Source: Podarcis tiliguerta (Eukaryota). From it: a stretch of DNA of 64,000 nt. Every line of letters begins with the position of its first letter. The first letter of the stretch is position 1. The position numbers and the translations under genes are program-made. The notes under the pieces are model-generated. The model ran no database searches. It saw nothing but the letters and a program-made list of their open reading frames with translations, and was not told where the DNA came from. The DNA is taken from assembly GCA_965153285.1 (NCBI GenBank), contig OZ229113.1; one strand, written 5' to 3'. Positions 11,700 through 23,619 of the stretch are shown here, one piece after another.

Positions 11700-12185
11700 C
11701 TTAAGTAAGTGCAACTAAGTCAAGACATTAACATGTATTGGAGTGAATCCAAATGTACCCTTCTGTTCATCGATAACAGAAATAGTATAAATACAATTCA
11801 TTAGCAGTCTTCAAATTTCACAGATTTGTGGATAATTGCTCTCAACATTTTGATATACAATTAATTTAATTTAAATCCAACACTTTCCTTAACCATATGT
11901 TGGGTTTATTTGTAGATTTCCAAAACTTTGGAAAAGTAATCCAACCTATGATCAATAATTTTGAACATTAAGGGTATTAAGACAATTTAATAACCATAAT
12001 TTTGAATCCAGATATCACCTTAAATATTTCATTAATATTATTTAGAATTATTTTTCCAAATCATCTGTGCCCATTTGCTTGAGTAACATATGGATAAAAT
12101 CCTCCTTATAAGATTTGGATTTAACTCTCTCTTTAGGATTGAACCCAATTTTTTAAAACTTTACCACTCATACGTTAACAATTGA
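11700..12185 (-). mobile_element. Possible old L1-clade ORF2 C-terminal remnant
   Basis: AT-rich, strand-skewed sequence; degenerate minus-strand translation (HMLLKQ..., ...GKCWI) loosely resembles the reptile L1 C-terminus. Confidence 0.3.
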
Positions 12186-12194
12186 AACACTATA

Positions 12195-12436
12195 CAGTGG
12201 TAACTCGGTTTTCGAATGTAATCTGTTCCGGAAGACTGTTCAGCTTCAAAAATGTTCGAAAACCGAGGTGCAAAGGGCCACCTGCAATTTACTTTGAGGA
12301 AAATTGAAAAAAACTCAGCAGAAGCTATTCAACTTCCAAAGCACTTTCGAAAATGGAAACAATTACTTCTGGGTTTTCAGTGTTCGAAAAACGAAATGTT
12401 CAGATTCCGAGATGCTCGGAAACCGAGGTACCACTG
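12195..12436. mobile_element. Tc1/mariner-pogo (Tigger-like) MITE
   Basis: TA|cagtggtaactcggttttcga ... tcggaaaccgaggtaccactg|TA; repeated ttcgaaaa subterminal motifs. Confidence 0.9.
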
Positions 12437-13589
12437 TATTACTAATAGAAAAAGAAAAGGACAGTTTGCATTTCTTTCAAATGATCTCTCACTGTATAAC
12501 AGTGGTAGTTTAGTAGCAAGCAACTCTAGGCCTAGCAAACCTGTTGAAGTCATCAGGCTGGTTTGTGGCATGATGGCTGTCATGGTAGAGGAGGAAGGAT
12601 GAGCTTTTTGCAAGATCTTGTGGGCGGAGGGGGATATCCATGCATCTTGCACAACCTAGTGGGATCTCAGGAGTGCTATCAATCTTTAGCAAGACCAGCT
12701 GCCATCTCACCTGGCCTCCATCCACCTTTCTCTTTCCCAATCCTCCCTTCCTGGATCATGCATTGGTTTATCTGGTTGGGGAGGAATTTAATTCTCAACT
12801 TCAGTTGGCCCTGCATTGAGAGGTTTTCACATTTCTCTCAGGTTGTAGCAAGTTTCTTTCTCACAACCTGGGGGCAGCAGCACTGGGTTTGGTAGATGGA
12901 TAAAGGGGGACCCCCTCAAAAGAGGTTCTGAGAGGTGACCCTCATTCATAAGACCCTCATTCATAAGAGAGCAGTGAGCCTATAAGAATAAGAAGGTAAA
13001 AGCTTTGCTAGAATACCTTTTATGGTTACTACAGGAGTGCCACATGAGATAAGATCCTGTTTTGGACCTACAGAGAGTTGTCAAACAGTCTATATTAGCA
13101 TGAAGCATGCTACATATATCAGGTACACCAATGACATCTGTTCCAACCAAGGTGCAACACTGGAATAGAATTTCATTTTCTTAGTCACTCAGCCTTTTAA
13201 CAAATCCCACATCGGGGGTGGGGGTGGGGATCCAGAATCAGGAAACAAACCACAAGGAAAGAAAGGAGGGCTAGAGACAAGATAACTACTTGAGGACAAA
13301 GCCCCAGTAAGATGGCTGTTAAGACAAATTCACAATTTGTTCCAAAGTGTGAGGGTCGTCATATGGATATGGAAGGGCAAAACCCTCTGTCAAGTCAGCC
13401 ATCTCAGCCAAGGGACCATATGTAGTTCTTTAAGAGAATTCAATCAGTTCATATTGATACATTTACCTGGGATTTAAGAGAGAACTGGGATTTGTTATAC
13501 TGTATAAGGGGAATGAGAAAAGCCCAGTGGAGCTTGCTAGCATGTACATTACTTTTATCCTACATATGTATATGTGTGTATGTGTGTGT

Positions 13590-14392
13590 CAGTGGCAGAG
13601 CTTCATGCTCCAGCACTGGGGGGCGGAGAGCAGGTGGGAGCATGGCTGGTACGCGTCCCGGGGGGGCGTGGTGCGCATCCCAGGGGTGTAGCATGCTGTC
13701 CGCAGGGGTGTGGCGTGATTCCTGGGATTGTGGTGCGCAGCCCGCAGGGGCATGGTGCACATTCTGGGGGCATGGGACCCAGCGTGGGCGGGGGGGCAGC
13801 CGCGATGGCACCTGTGGTGATCACACAGGGTCCCCAGACTTTTCACCGTCTATTGATCCCTGTGACACTACTTTATTTCTCGCTGCCACCACCCAGGCCC
13901 TACCTGGTACAATACTGAGTCCAGTCAGGGTTAAATTGGAACATAAACTTCTGTTTATTTATTGCAGTTTAACAAGTGTGTGGTTTCATAAATGGTATCG
14001 GTCAATTACAATCATGGAGTGCCTATCCTGACCTATAACTTCCGCTACCTGCTCTCACTCACTAAACAACCTCTCAGATATTTACTTGTCTTCCTAGCTC
14101 CTAACTGTTCCTGACTCAGCTTATTTCACTACACTAACTCAACCTACCCACAGACTCTATCCCAATTCACTCCCACTCCAACCAACCACCCAACTCCCAA
14201 CAAACTCCCCCCTTCGGCCCTCCCAGAGCTGGTTTTCTAGTGCCTCTGACTCCACCCCCCTCGGTTCTGATTGGGTAACCTGTTAAACTATTTCACCTCC
14301 AGCACTCTCAAATGTTAACGTCACAGCACCCCACCGGGATCGCGCTGCCGGGGGCGGTGCGCCCCCTCGCCCCCCCTCTTCCTCTGCCGGTG
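13590..14392. mobile_element. GC-rich hAT MITE split by a solo LTR
   Basis: TIRs cagtggcagag / ctctgccggtg; 8-bp TSD gtgtgtgt (13582-13589 / 14393-14400); internal tandem ~23-bp GGGG(C/T)GTGG units. Confidence 0.85.
13813..14325 (-). mobile_element. Solo LTR, 513 bp
   Basis: TGTG...CACA termini; perfect 5-bp TSD gcacc (13808-13812 / 14326-14330); CCAAT (~14270) and AATAAA (~13955-13963) on the minus strand. Confidence 0.88.
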
Positions 14393-15683
14393 GTGTGTGT
14401 ATCAATATCCTATCAGATCTTTTTCTGCTTCTGACATGAATTATTAGAGAACAGCACAAGGTAGCAGGAATGGGCTTTGAACCCAGGCAAACATGCTTCT
14501 ATTGAACTTCGGTTGCTTAGTACAGAACGTTCAAACCACAAATATGCCAATAAGTTAGCAGGAATAAAGAAAAGCCTCCCTAAGGACGTGTATTTTTTTA
14601 TACCTCTAGTGTGGCTTTAATCTCTTCTCTCAACAGACTATCTTCCATTGGAAACAAAAATCATTAGAATCAAATGAGATATGATCTATTCCCCCCTGCG
14701 TGCAAAAGCAAAAGCAAACAGAGATGTATTTGTACTTCAGGTGCCACAAGAAGCTTTGTTGTTTTAACTAACAATGTTACCCTCCCATCTTAGTTTATCA
14801 CTTTCAGCTAGGACTTGTGTTTGTTTTAATACATTTTCCTTTAAGCCTTGAAGCAAAAAGAAAATCCCATGACTCCAATGAGAACAGAGACCTTCCTTCT
14901 ACTCCCATTTTCCCTTGTGTTCCTGGCTCTTCATGAAGATTTATCTTCACTCTCTATTTCAGCTTCAAAAAAGATTAAGCTTTGATATAGATATTCAGAG
15001 AACATCTGTTGTCACGCTAGTAGGAACAATTTTACAAGGGTTCTCAATCCCTGGGCTTTATGGGGAGTGTGTGTTGCTGGTGGGGGGGATTACGGTATTT
15101 TTGTGCTTGCAATAACTTTCAAAATTCTAAGGCCACTGATTGTACTCAGAGCTAGAAGATATGCCTGAAAAATCAGAGATTCCACATTTAATGCTTTCTT
15201 AGAATTTCCTTTTTTCCTTTGTAAAACTAGTCTTAAATGAAAAACAAATATTTGTTTAGCAAGACAATTTCTTTGCTATCCCTTTGTCTACAAAGAAGTC
15301 ACCGGGGAAAGGTATGTCTCACTTTTGCCAATACTAAATACTGGGGTGGGGGGACAAAAACATGACAAGGCATCATTGCACTTTCTTCTGAAAATCTGGC
15401 GTTCTTTCAGACACTGCCTGTTATTGGGATCAGGAAGTGATTGGGGCACAGGAAACTGTCTTTTACAGAGTCAGAATAACAGTCCATCCAGTTCGCTGAC
15501 CAGAGTGGATTTCAGACGAGTCTCTCAGCCTAACCTTGAGATACTTTAAATTGTATGCTTTAAGCATGCTTTGAATGGATGTTGAACATGCTGCCATAGG
15601 TGTTGATTGCTAGCAAACCAGAGGCACAATCACATATTTCCTTTTGCAGAGCACTCTGTTCTTCTGTACAAAGCTGTTTACTG

Positions 15684-16029
15684 CATACCCTCCAACATTT
15701 CGCTGATGTAAACAGGGACATCCTATTCCATTATTATTACATTTGTACCCTGCCTCTGGGTGACTCTGGGTGGCTTCCAACATATATAGAAACATAATAA
15801 CACATCAAACATTAAAAACTATCCAATACCTTCAGATGCCTTCTAAAGGTTGTAGAGTTACTTATCTCCTTGGCTCAAAGTTGCATAACTCTATACCCTC
15901 CAATATTTTTCAGATGAAAATAGGGATGTCCTAAGGAAAACCAGGACATTCCAGGATCAAATCAGGAACCGGGATGGCCTCTGTAAATCCGGGACTGTCC
16001 CTGGAAAATAGGGATACTTGGAGGGTCTG
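15684..16029. mobile_element. Composite hAT (Tip100-like) MITE with duplicated left end and an internal L2 3' tail
   Basis: Left end (c/t)ataccctccaa...agggac at 15684 and again at 15892; right end ttggagggtctg. 15730-15870 is the reverse complement of the L2 tail at 42140-42295. Confidence 0.75.
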
Positions 16030-17072
16030 TTACCGTACAAAGGCAAAACATGGAGGAGGGGTGAGCTAGCACCCCGTTCTTCCTGCCGCTTCAAGTTGAG
16101 CTGTAGGAGACAGCATAATATGAACCCCTGCTTCATGTCTCCCTGAAACAGCAGATCCCTCCAGGCCACTTAAGCATCACTGGTTGTAAGCAGGTGGCAG
16201 CTGTGACTTGGCCCTGCCGTGGGACCATCTGGAAGCATCATGTGTGCCCTTTGGCAATGGTAGGCTTCTCGACTGACAAGTCATCAATGTCAATCTGAAG
16301 CAAATGCAGAACTTAAGTGTGTATGGTATCAATCCTAAAGCCACGCTTTTTGTCACAAACATCTTAGTTTACAAACTGAAAGGCACTGCAGAGTAAACAT
16401 TTTCTTGGAATATATGCATTTTTTCAACTGTAATCTCCAGTGTAGATAATCCAGCAATATTATCCACATTTGTCTTAAAGAAGAAGAAAAGTGTTCCTGA
16501 AAGCTTTTGCACTGGAGTAGTGCCAGGAAATATGTTACAATTGCAATGTGCATCTTGAATCAATAACCTGGAAGCTAACCTGGAAAAGCATTTTACAACT
16601 TGCCTTATCTTTCCTATATGCCTACGAAAATCTGTTCAGCGTGAATAGACTTTACTGACTTCCAGCTGTCAGAGCCACTGACTTCCTTCTCAAGATAGAA
16701 CTGCCAGGTGCATTGGTCAATATTATTTGTTTTATCAGCATTTACTCAGTGAACGGCTTCCAATTTGACCTAAGCCAATGCCCTTGAAACTGGAACTAAA
16801 CAGGGGGAATGAATATTGTTATTCTTTGAATTATTTTTTTTATTGTTTATTTGCAGTTTTATATCACCCATTGAACAATAAATTCTCTGGGTAAGGTCTA
16901 AAATGCTTTAACCTTAAAATATAAAAAATACTGCACGAATGGCAGAGCTATCTAACCCTTTTTGCACCAGGCTGGTGTGTGTGGTTGTATTGGGCAGAGG
17001 TGTCCCTTTGCCCAGCCAAGCCGGGCTCCGTTGACTGCCTGTCAGTCCCCTGTAGATCAGCACAGACTCCTA

Positions 17073-17213
17073 GATTCATTGAATCATAGACTTTGAAGGG
17101 ACCACAAGAGTCATCTAGTCCAGCCCCCTGCAATGCAGGAATCTTTTTCCCAATGTGGGGCTCAAATTCATGACCCTGAGATTAAGAGTCTCATGCTCTA
17201 CCAACTGTGCTAT
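17073..17213 (-). mobile_element. tRNA-Lys/CR1-tail SINE, second copy
   Basis: Same structure as 2607-2747 (gagattaagagtctcatgctctac; catctagtccagccccctgcaatgcaggaatc). Confidence 0.85.
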
Positions 17214-17514
17214 ACATTAGTATCATTCTACTGGAATGGAACTCCCCCCTCCACCAGCCTTCCACCAGCAGGTGAAAGTGTGGCCAGTGGAATCCAAAGC
17301 CATCAAACCTGGGCTTTTGTTGGAGGTGGGGTGGAACAGAGTTGAGCCAGCCCAGGAGTCCATGGATCTCAAGATGGTCCTGCTTCTCTCACGTGATGAT
17401 ATTGGGTCCTGTTGCTGCACCATTTTAGGCTGCCCCAGCCATATGTCTGTGCCCCTGACCTTTCACCCTGCATGCTATATACAGTAGGGCTGAAGATATG
17501 GTGATGACCTGTGA

Positions 17515-17653
17515 TAGGGTTGCCATATGTCCTCGTTTCCAGGACACGTCCTCTTTTTCACTGGTATGTAAAATGAGAATCATCAAAGCGATCCATTGTT
17601 AAAAATAGAAGTCGGCAAATGTTTCCTCTTTTTTCCAAAATATGGCAACCCTA
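17515..17653. mobile_element. hAT-Tip100-like MITE
   Basis: Perfect TIR tagggttgccata / tatggcaacccta; no clear TSD. Confidence 0.75.
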
Positions 17654-17964
17654 CTAACAGTACGTGGGGAGGCAGAGGAGAGAGGGAGAGTTAGGATTAG
17701 TCCCTTAAAAACTGTTAATAGAACATAATAATAAAAACCAGCAAAGAGAAAACCAAAGCACCCAATCACACTTACCGGTAAGTAGCTGGAATATATTCAA
17801 TAATACGTTTAGCTCTTACACTTCCCACTTAGAATACAATTCTATAAAGATCAGGTCCAGATTAGGAAGGATGGGTAAAATGCTCTCTGCTTGTCCCACT
17901 CCTCTACTCATGGGCCCTGGTGGGCTTATTTGCTTGTGGTGGCAGCAGCTTCAGTAGTGGTCCT

Positions 17965-18090
17965 CTGAGTAGCACTGGGTGGGTTGGTCCAACCACCGTT
18001 TTAATTTCCCACAATGCCCTGGAGCGACATGCAGGGAGAATTGTGGGAGATTAAAATGGTGGCTAGAGGCAGGCAGCCAGTGCTGCTCAG
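17965..18090. repeat. Imperfect ~125-bp palindrome, probably the core of an old DNA transposon
   Basis: ctgagtagcactgg...ccaccgttttaatttcccacaat pairs with attgtgggagattaaaatggtgg...ccagtgctgctcag. Confidence 0.6.
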
Positions 18091-19419
18091 AATGATGGGC
18101 TCATGGGAAATGAAAGCGGCCCAGGGCAGGGGTCAGCAGGGGTCTCTGCTGGGACACTGGGATCTCTGCAGCTAACCAATGGCATTGGGTGCTGACACCA
18201 ACCCTGAATCATATGCATGTTTATTCAGCATTAAAATCGTACTAAATGTTATGGACCTTGTTGCCATGTAAATATGCAACCTCAGGCTGTGACCTAAAGC
18301 ATATTTAACTATTAGGTATTATGAAGAGGAGGCCACACAGCGGTACATAAACAACTGGCAACTTCATCTGACTGCAAGAGGCAGACAAAGAAAACCTCTG
18401 CAGCCAAACTGGCTGCTGGCAACTCTTGAGCTTGAAACTAAAAGCCTAGTGCCCGAGAGGTGAACTCAAGCATTTCCTGGTATGGGGAGCCAGGACGGCC
18501 AAGACACTGCACTTAACCATGAAGCAAATGCATGTGAATTTCTGAGCAAATGTATTCGAAGCTGGCTGCTAAGCCCATTTATAAAACACAACACGGCTGC
18601 TTAGGACCAACTGCTGCTCAGTAAAATCATCCTCCCACAGAGCAAGACACCTTCATCAGTGGCATGCTGTTCTGCAGATGGAAGGAGGGAAAGAGAGAAA
18701 TAGCCTTCCCACATCAATTTGCCAGTAACCAATATTTAGCTTTTTATCAAACATTGGATTCCTTACGTGTCCTGCCCCAAGCCTTAGGGATGGCAAGCTA
18801 TCACTTGCAATAAAAGCATGTAAACATGATCTTTGGACAATCACAAAACCCACAGCTATTTACAGCCAGCTGTCATCCAAGAAGCTCATAATCTCTCTCT
18901 GGGGTATTATGCTCTTTTTTTGAACCTCAAATGATTATCTCAAAGGTACAGGAGCCATCCATGTGATCTTTGCTTGACAGGCAATGTTGTGTGGCATTAC
19001 TCATAATAATATCATTTTATTTGCAAGCTGTGAACTTTGAAAGTGTTTCCCATATATAAAAACACAAGAAGATGTCTGATGGACCAGCATGGATGGCCAT
19101 TAACTTCAACATCATATTTTATCCTAGTGGTGGGAAGGCTTCAGGTTTATGGAACCTACTTTGTTTTCACTAAAACCCTGAGGTCCGCTCTTACAACAGA
19201 ATTAAGAATTGCTTTAATTCTTTTATGAAGGAACAGGCTATCTCTGAGCACATGCTCAGCCCAGGATATTGTGATCAGTATCAGACAAAAATCTGTTCCT
19301 GGTTCCCCCCTAATCTGGTGTGAGAGAAGTTTCCTCATTGTTGCTAGCTGGGAGTCAGAAACACTTGCGATTTACTTCAAATCACCCAGAAATCTACCAG
19401 CAGATCCCAATCCAAAGAA

Positions 19420-19570
19420 GAAAAACAAAATTGCAGAGAAACGGAATAAATCCTTTGGAACTGAAGAAGTAGGGCAAATTCCTGTACCTGAAATAAGTTT
19501 CTCAGGAAGGAATTCCGAGGAATTGGGGCAAAGAATCGTGACAAGAGACAATGTTCTAGGCCTTATTGGC
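19420..19570 (+). mobile_element. CR1 ORF2 fragment (linker upstream of the RT)
   Basis: Translates KIAEKRNKSF-GTEEVGQIPVPEISFSGRNSEELGQRIVTRDNVLGLI, matching the CR1 segment that precedes KSPGPDG. Confidence 0.65.
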
Positions 19571-19770
19571 TGTTTCCCAATAAAGGATTTTCACTATCTG
19601 TTTCTTGAGATTGGTGTCAACACTGTTGATATCTTTTCCTCTGGACTATTTTTGGTTTCTGTTCTTTACCACTGATCCCTGCTGCCCCTCAAAAAGCAGG
19701 GCCAGGGCCAGTAGCACCCACAAGCTCCCCACCTGAACACAAAAAGACACAAGAACTCCAATTGCTAATA

Positions 19771-20000
19771 CAGTGGTACCTCGGGTTACAGACACTTCAG
19801 ATTACAGACGCTTCAGGTTACAGACTCTGCTAACCCAAAAATAGTACCTCGGGTTAAGAACTTTACTTCAGGATGAGAACAGAAATCGCACGGTGGCAGC
19901 GGGAGGCTCCATTAGCTAAAGTGGTACCTCTGGTTAAGAACAGTTCAGTTTAAGAACAGACCTCCAGAACGAATTAAGTTCTTAATCCAAGGCACTACTG
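19771..20000 (+). mobile_element. Tigger-like MITE, family A, copy 1
   Basis: TA|cagtggtacctcgggttacag ... aggcactactg|TA; ggttaagaac repeats. Confidence 0.9.
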
Positions 20001-20894
20001 TATTATTGTTGTATTGCTAGGTTTACCAGATCTCCCAGCATTTTCAGAAGCTGCTCCATTAGATCAGAACAAGCAGCGTTCATCTGAACTGCCTGCTGGC
20101 CCAGGATTCAGGAAGGCTCTCCTCTAGAAAAGTGCAGAGGGTCTGGCGAGGGTCAGGGATCATTCTAAACCTCTTGCTAGCTGGATTTGTGTGTGTCTGT
20201 GTGCAGTAAAATAAAGAGATGCATTTATGGTTAGGGGAAGCACTCCCCAACCAGCAGACAGTCATGCCAGTGAGTACAACTCAGGAGACTGCAAATAGTT
20301 CATGACTGAAAGATACATCCTTTCCCTCCTACTCCTAGGTAAACAACAGCCCTGTTTGGATTAGAAATACCATGAGGTTTCCCCTAAACTATTTCCAGCT
20401 ATAATCCCACTCTTGTGACTTCGTTCTATACCGCAGAGTGATCCTTTGTGTGAGTCAAACTTGTAGAGCCTTTGGCAAATGCTAAATTGTTTACCATCTT
20501 TGTACATAGCAAGCCATGGATGTGGGCAGGGAGACCAGACACAAGAAATTTGCAGTTGTGGGGGGATAAGGGTTGGAAGAACTCAAAGGCAATGAGGTTC
20601 CTTATTATAAAGTATTAACCTTGCCTTCGCATCTCCAGTTTCTTCTCTGTCTCTCTCCCTGCCTCCCCATCTACTCACTATCTACTTTGTTGTCTCCCTG
20701 CCACAAGCAAACTGTCTATCATTAGATTTTGAGGTTTTGTATATGTCACTTTGTAAACTGCTATGTATACTAATGATGCTATATATTAAAATGTGAAGGA
20801 GGGAGGAATTTCTCAAGAATATGACATCTTCCAAAGCAATATAATTCATACGAGGGGTAGAAGAGTGCAAGAAAGATTTATTTCACATCCACAC

Positions 20895-21090
20895 CCTATG
20901 TTTAAAGCACTCTTATATCACTTTAACAGTTGGTTTCCCTCAGAATCCTGGGAACTGTAGTTTGCTAAGGATGCTAAGAGTTCACAGAGCTACAGTTCCC
21001 AGTACCCTTAACAAACAACATATTCCAGGATTCTTTGGGCAGGAGAGGGGGGAGCCATGACTGTTAAAGTGATATAAGGGTGGTTTATAT
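20895..21090. mobile_element. Palindromic MITE (TTTAAAGCAC.../...GTGGTTTA)
   Basis: Arms cttatatcactttaacagt / actgttaaagtgatataag; inner gaatcctgggaactgtagtttg / caaac...ttccaggattc. Confidence 0.7.
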
Positions 21091-21098
21091 ATGGTTAG

Positions 21099-21362
21099 TG
21101 TTATGTACTGAAGTTCTCACCCTGGGCCAGCAGGGGGATATTGTAGATAGTTTTCACTCAGGTCCACTTATGCAAATAAGGAATTGAAAGTGACATTCAG
21201 TGATTGGATAGTTAAAGAAAATTGTTACTGTTGCATTGTAGTGGAGCTCTATATAAGCAGGCTGGCTGAACCCTTCAGTTCAGTTCTGTTCTGGCCTGTG
21301 AATAAACAAGAGCTGTTTGAAGAATCACTATGTCGTCTGATATGTTCACCCACAACTTAACA
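21099..21362 (+). mobile_element. Solo LTR, 264 bp (Gypsy-like)
   Basis: TGTTA...TAACA termini; perfect 5-bp TSD gttag (21094-21098 / 21363-21367); ATGCAAAT 21170-21177, ATTGG, TATATAA 21250-21256, AATAAA 21301-21306. Confidence 0.92.
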
Positions 21363-22310
21363 GTTAGGTACATGTTTATAGATCATATTTATATCAAGGC
21401 ACACACAAATGAAAATCTAGTTGGCTTTGGGAACAACATTTGTTCTCAGTACTATTACCAAAAAAAGAGGTGTGTGTGTATTATAAGTACTACTATCACA
21501 CTATAAGAATGAAAAACTACTGTGCCATAAAACCACATTTTAGCTAGGAAGCCAGTAGAGTCATGATTTATTTCTGTGCTTGATTTCCCTCCCCTTATTA
21601 ATGCTGTCTCTGAATTTTCCTTTTCTTTTAATGCTGTCTCTGAATTGCAATGACATTGAATATTTCCCGAGGACAGCATGCAAATGCTCATGACTTCAGG
21701 ACTCATTTCCTCCACTGTTAATATTTAGCAGCTGACATGACTTTTCTGGTTCAAGATAACTTGCTGAAACATTTCAGGGACTGATTTTATTCCGTTCCTT
21801 GCTGTTTGGAAAATGCCTTTCTGCCCTGGCATCTGTCCTGGGATGTAGTGATAATACAGAGCAAAATGATTTCAGCACAGCTAAAACTGGCATGACCTGG
21901 ATTTGCAAGAGGGGGAAATGTTTCAGCACCCCAAAGTTTTCTTTCCTTTGTAAAATTAGTGGCTTTGTCAGTGAACCAAGCTGCTACCATGAATACATAT
22001 CAGCTACTGAAAAACAGGGCCGGTTTTTCTCCTTTTGCTTGAGTGTGTGCATATGCACACCCTGAACTCTACAAGTTACCCAGAGTGGGCATGGCAGACG
22101 GGTCCTCTCCTTTTCTGTCTGAATTAGCTTCCAGTTCAGTTCAGTACCATTCAAAGCGCTGGCTTGATTTCCATAGCTTTAAGGCATCTTTGCTGTCTAA
22201 CACGCTAATACAAACATACCCTGAATTACAAGTAAGTCTCGTTTATGGCAGCAAAGGAATAGAGTGAGAAACTGTCTCATCTGCTTCCTTGCTCTGACTT
22301 TCTACCATTA

Positions 22311-22557
22311 CAGTGGTACCTCGGGTTACATAGGCTTCAGGTTACATACACTTCAGGTTACAGACTCCGCTAACCCAGAAATAGTGCTTCAGGTTAAGAA
22401 CTTTGCTTCAGGATAAGAACAGAAATTGGGCTCCAGCGGTGCAGCAGCAGCAGGAGGCCCCATTAGCTAAAGTGGTGCTTCAGGTTAAGAACAGTTTCAG
22501 GTTGAGAACGGACCTCCGGAACGAATTAAGTACCGTACTTTACCAGAGGTACCACTG
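22311..22557 (+). mobile_element. Tigger-like MITE, family A, copy 2
   Basis: TA|cagtggtacctcgggttaca ... gaggtaccactg|TA. Confidence 0.92.
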
Positions 22558-22653
22558 TACAACCTGGGAAAGGCCATAGGTCAATCTCCAGCATTTCCAC
22601 AGGTAGGACTGGAAGACAACCTTGGTCTGATTCAGTAGAAAGCATCTTTCCAT

Positions 22654-22947
22654 CAGCGGCGGAGCATATGCCCACGCTGTCCAGGGCAGGCACGCTCCCG
22701 AGGGGCATGGGGCACGGAGGGTGCCCTCCCATGTGCCACAGTTCAGGGTACGAGAGGGGCAGGGAAGCTGCTGCTCATTTCCCTCTGGGTGCGCCTTGCC
22801 ACGGCTGAGGAGGGCTGCTCTCTGCCGCTGGGTCAGAAGAACTGCTGCCGCCGGGCGCGAAGTACACCACCCACTCCCCTGCCATTTTGTCACCCCTTCA
22901 GTCATGACACCCGGGGCGGACCGCACCCCCCCCTTCCTACGCCTCTG
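22654..22947. mobile_element. GC-rich hAT MITE
   Basis: Ends cagcggcggag / cctacgcctctg; degenerate 8-bp TSD ctttccat (22646-22653) / cttccctt (22948-22955). Confidence 0.7.
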
Positions 22948-22958
22948 CTTCCCTTGTA

Positions 22959-23200
22959 CAGTGGTACCTCAAGTTAAGAACTTAATTCATTTTGGAGGTC
23001 CGTTCTTAACCTGAAACTATTCTCAACCTGAGGTACCACTTTAGCTAATGGGGTCTCCCGCTGCCACCGTGCCGCCGTCATGCGATTTCTGTTCTCATCC
23101 TGAAGCAAAGTTCTTAACCTTAGGTACTATTTCTGGGTTAGTGGAGTCTGTAACCTGAAGCATCTGTAACCCAAAGCGTCTGTAACCCGAGGTACCACTG
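22959..23200 (-). mobile_element. Tigger-like MITE, family A, copy 3 (inverted relative to copy 2)
   Basis: TA|cagtggtacctcaagttaagaac ... tgtaacccgaggtaccactg|TA; body is the reverse complement of copies 1 and 2. Confidence 0.92.
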
Positions 23201-23619
23201 TACCTGTTTAGGAGACCAGCTCAATGCTGATTAAATCTGTCTGGAAGTTCCAACCTGGAAGAAGTGTGCCAATGGTACCTTGTGAGTGTTCTGTAGTCTG
23301 GACTATCAAGACTACTAGCAGAGTGGGTTGTTTGCTTGTCATGAGAATAGTGGGAGATGGCTCCTGTTTTTCTTCCTCTGTATTGTTCTGTATGATGAGA
23401 CACTGGGAAGATTGGGAGGAAGATCGTGGCTCTCAGTATCCTGTGTCATTGCTATATGTGAATCAGTGTGTGACTGGTTCTTCTCTTGACTTCTGCTAGC
23501 TCTTGGGTCACCACAATTCAAGGGAGGAACAGTACATAAAAAAGGATTCTCTGTTGGTGACAAAAAGTGAGTCAGACACAGTTTGAAGGAGCAACTTACT
23601 TTTAGCCTAAACGAAACAA

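Noticed and set aside
13492-14031. 179-aa ORF and overlapping ORFs
   Set aside because: They run across a GC-rich MITE and the LTR junction; stop-poor by composition, with no domain.
19570-19680. Minus-strand DQW*RTE...SPE resembling mammalian L1 ORF2
   Set aside because: Too short and degenerate to support.
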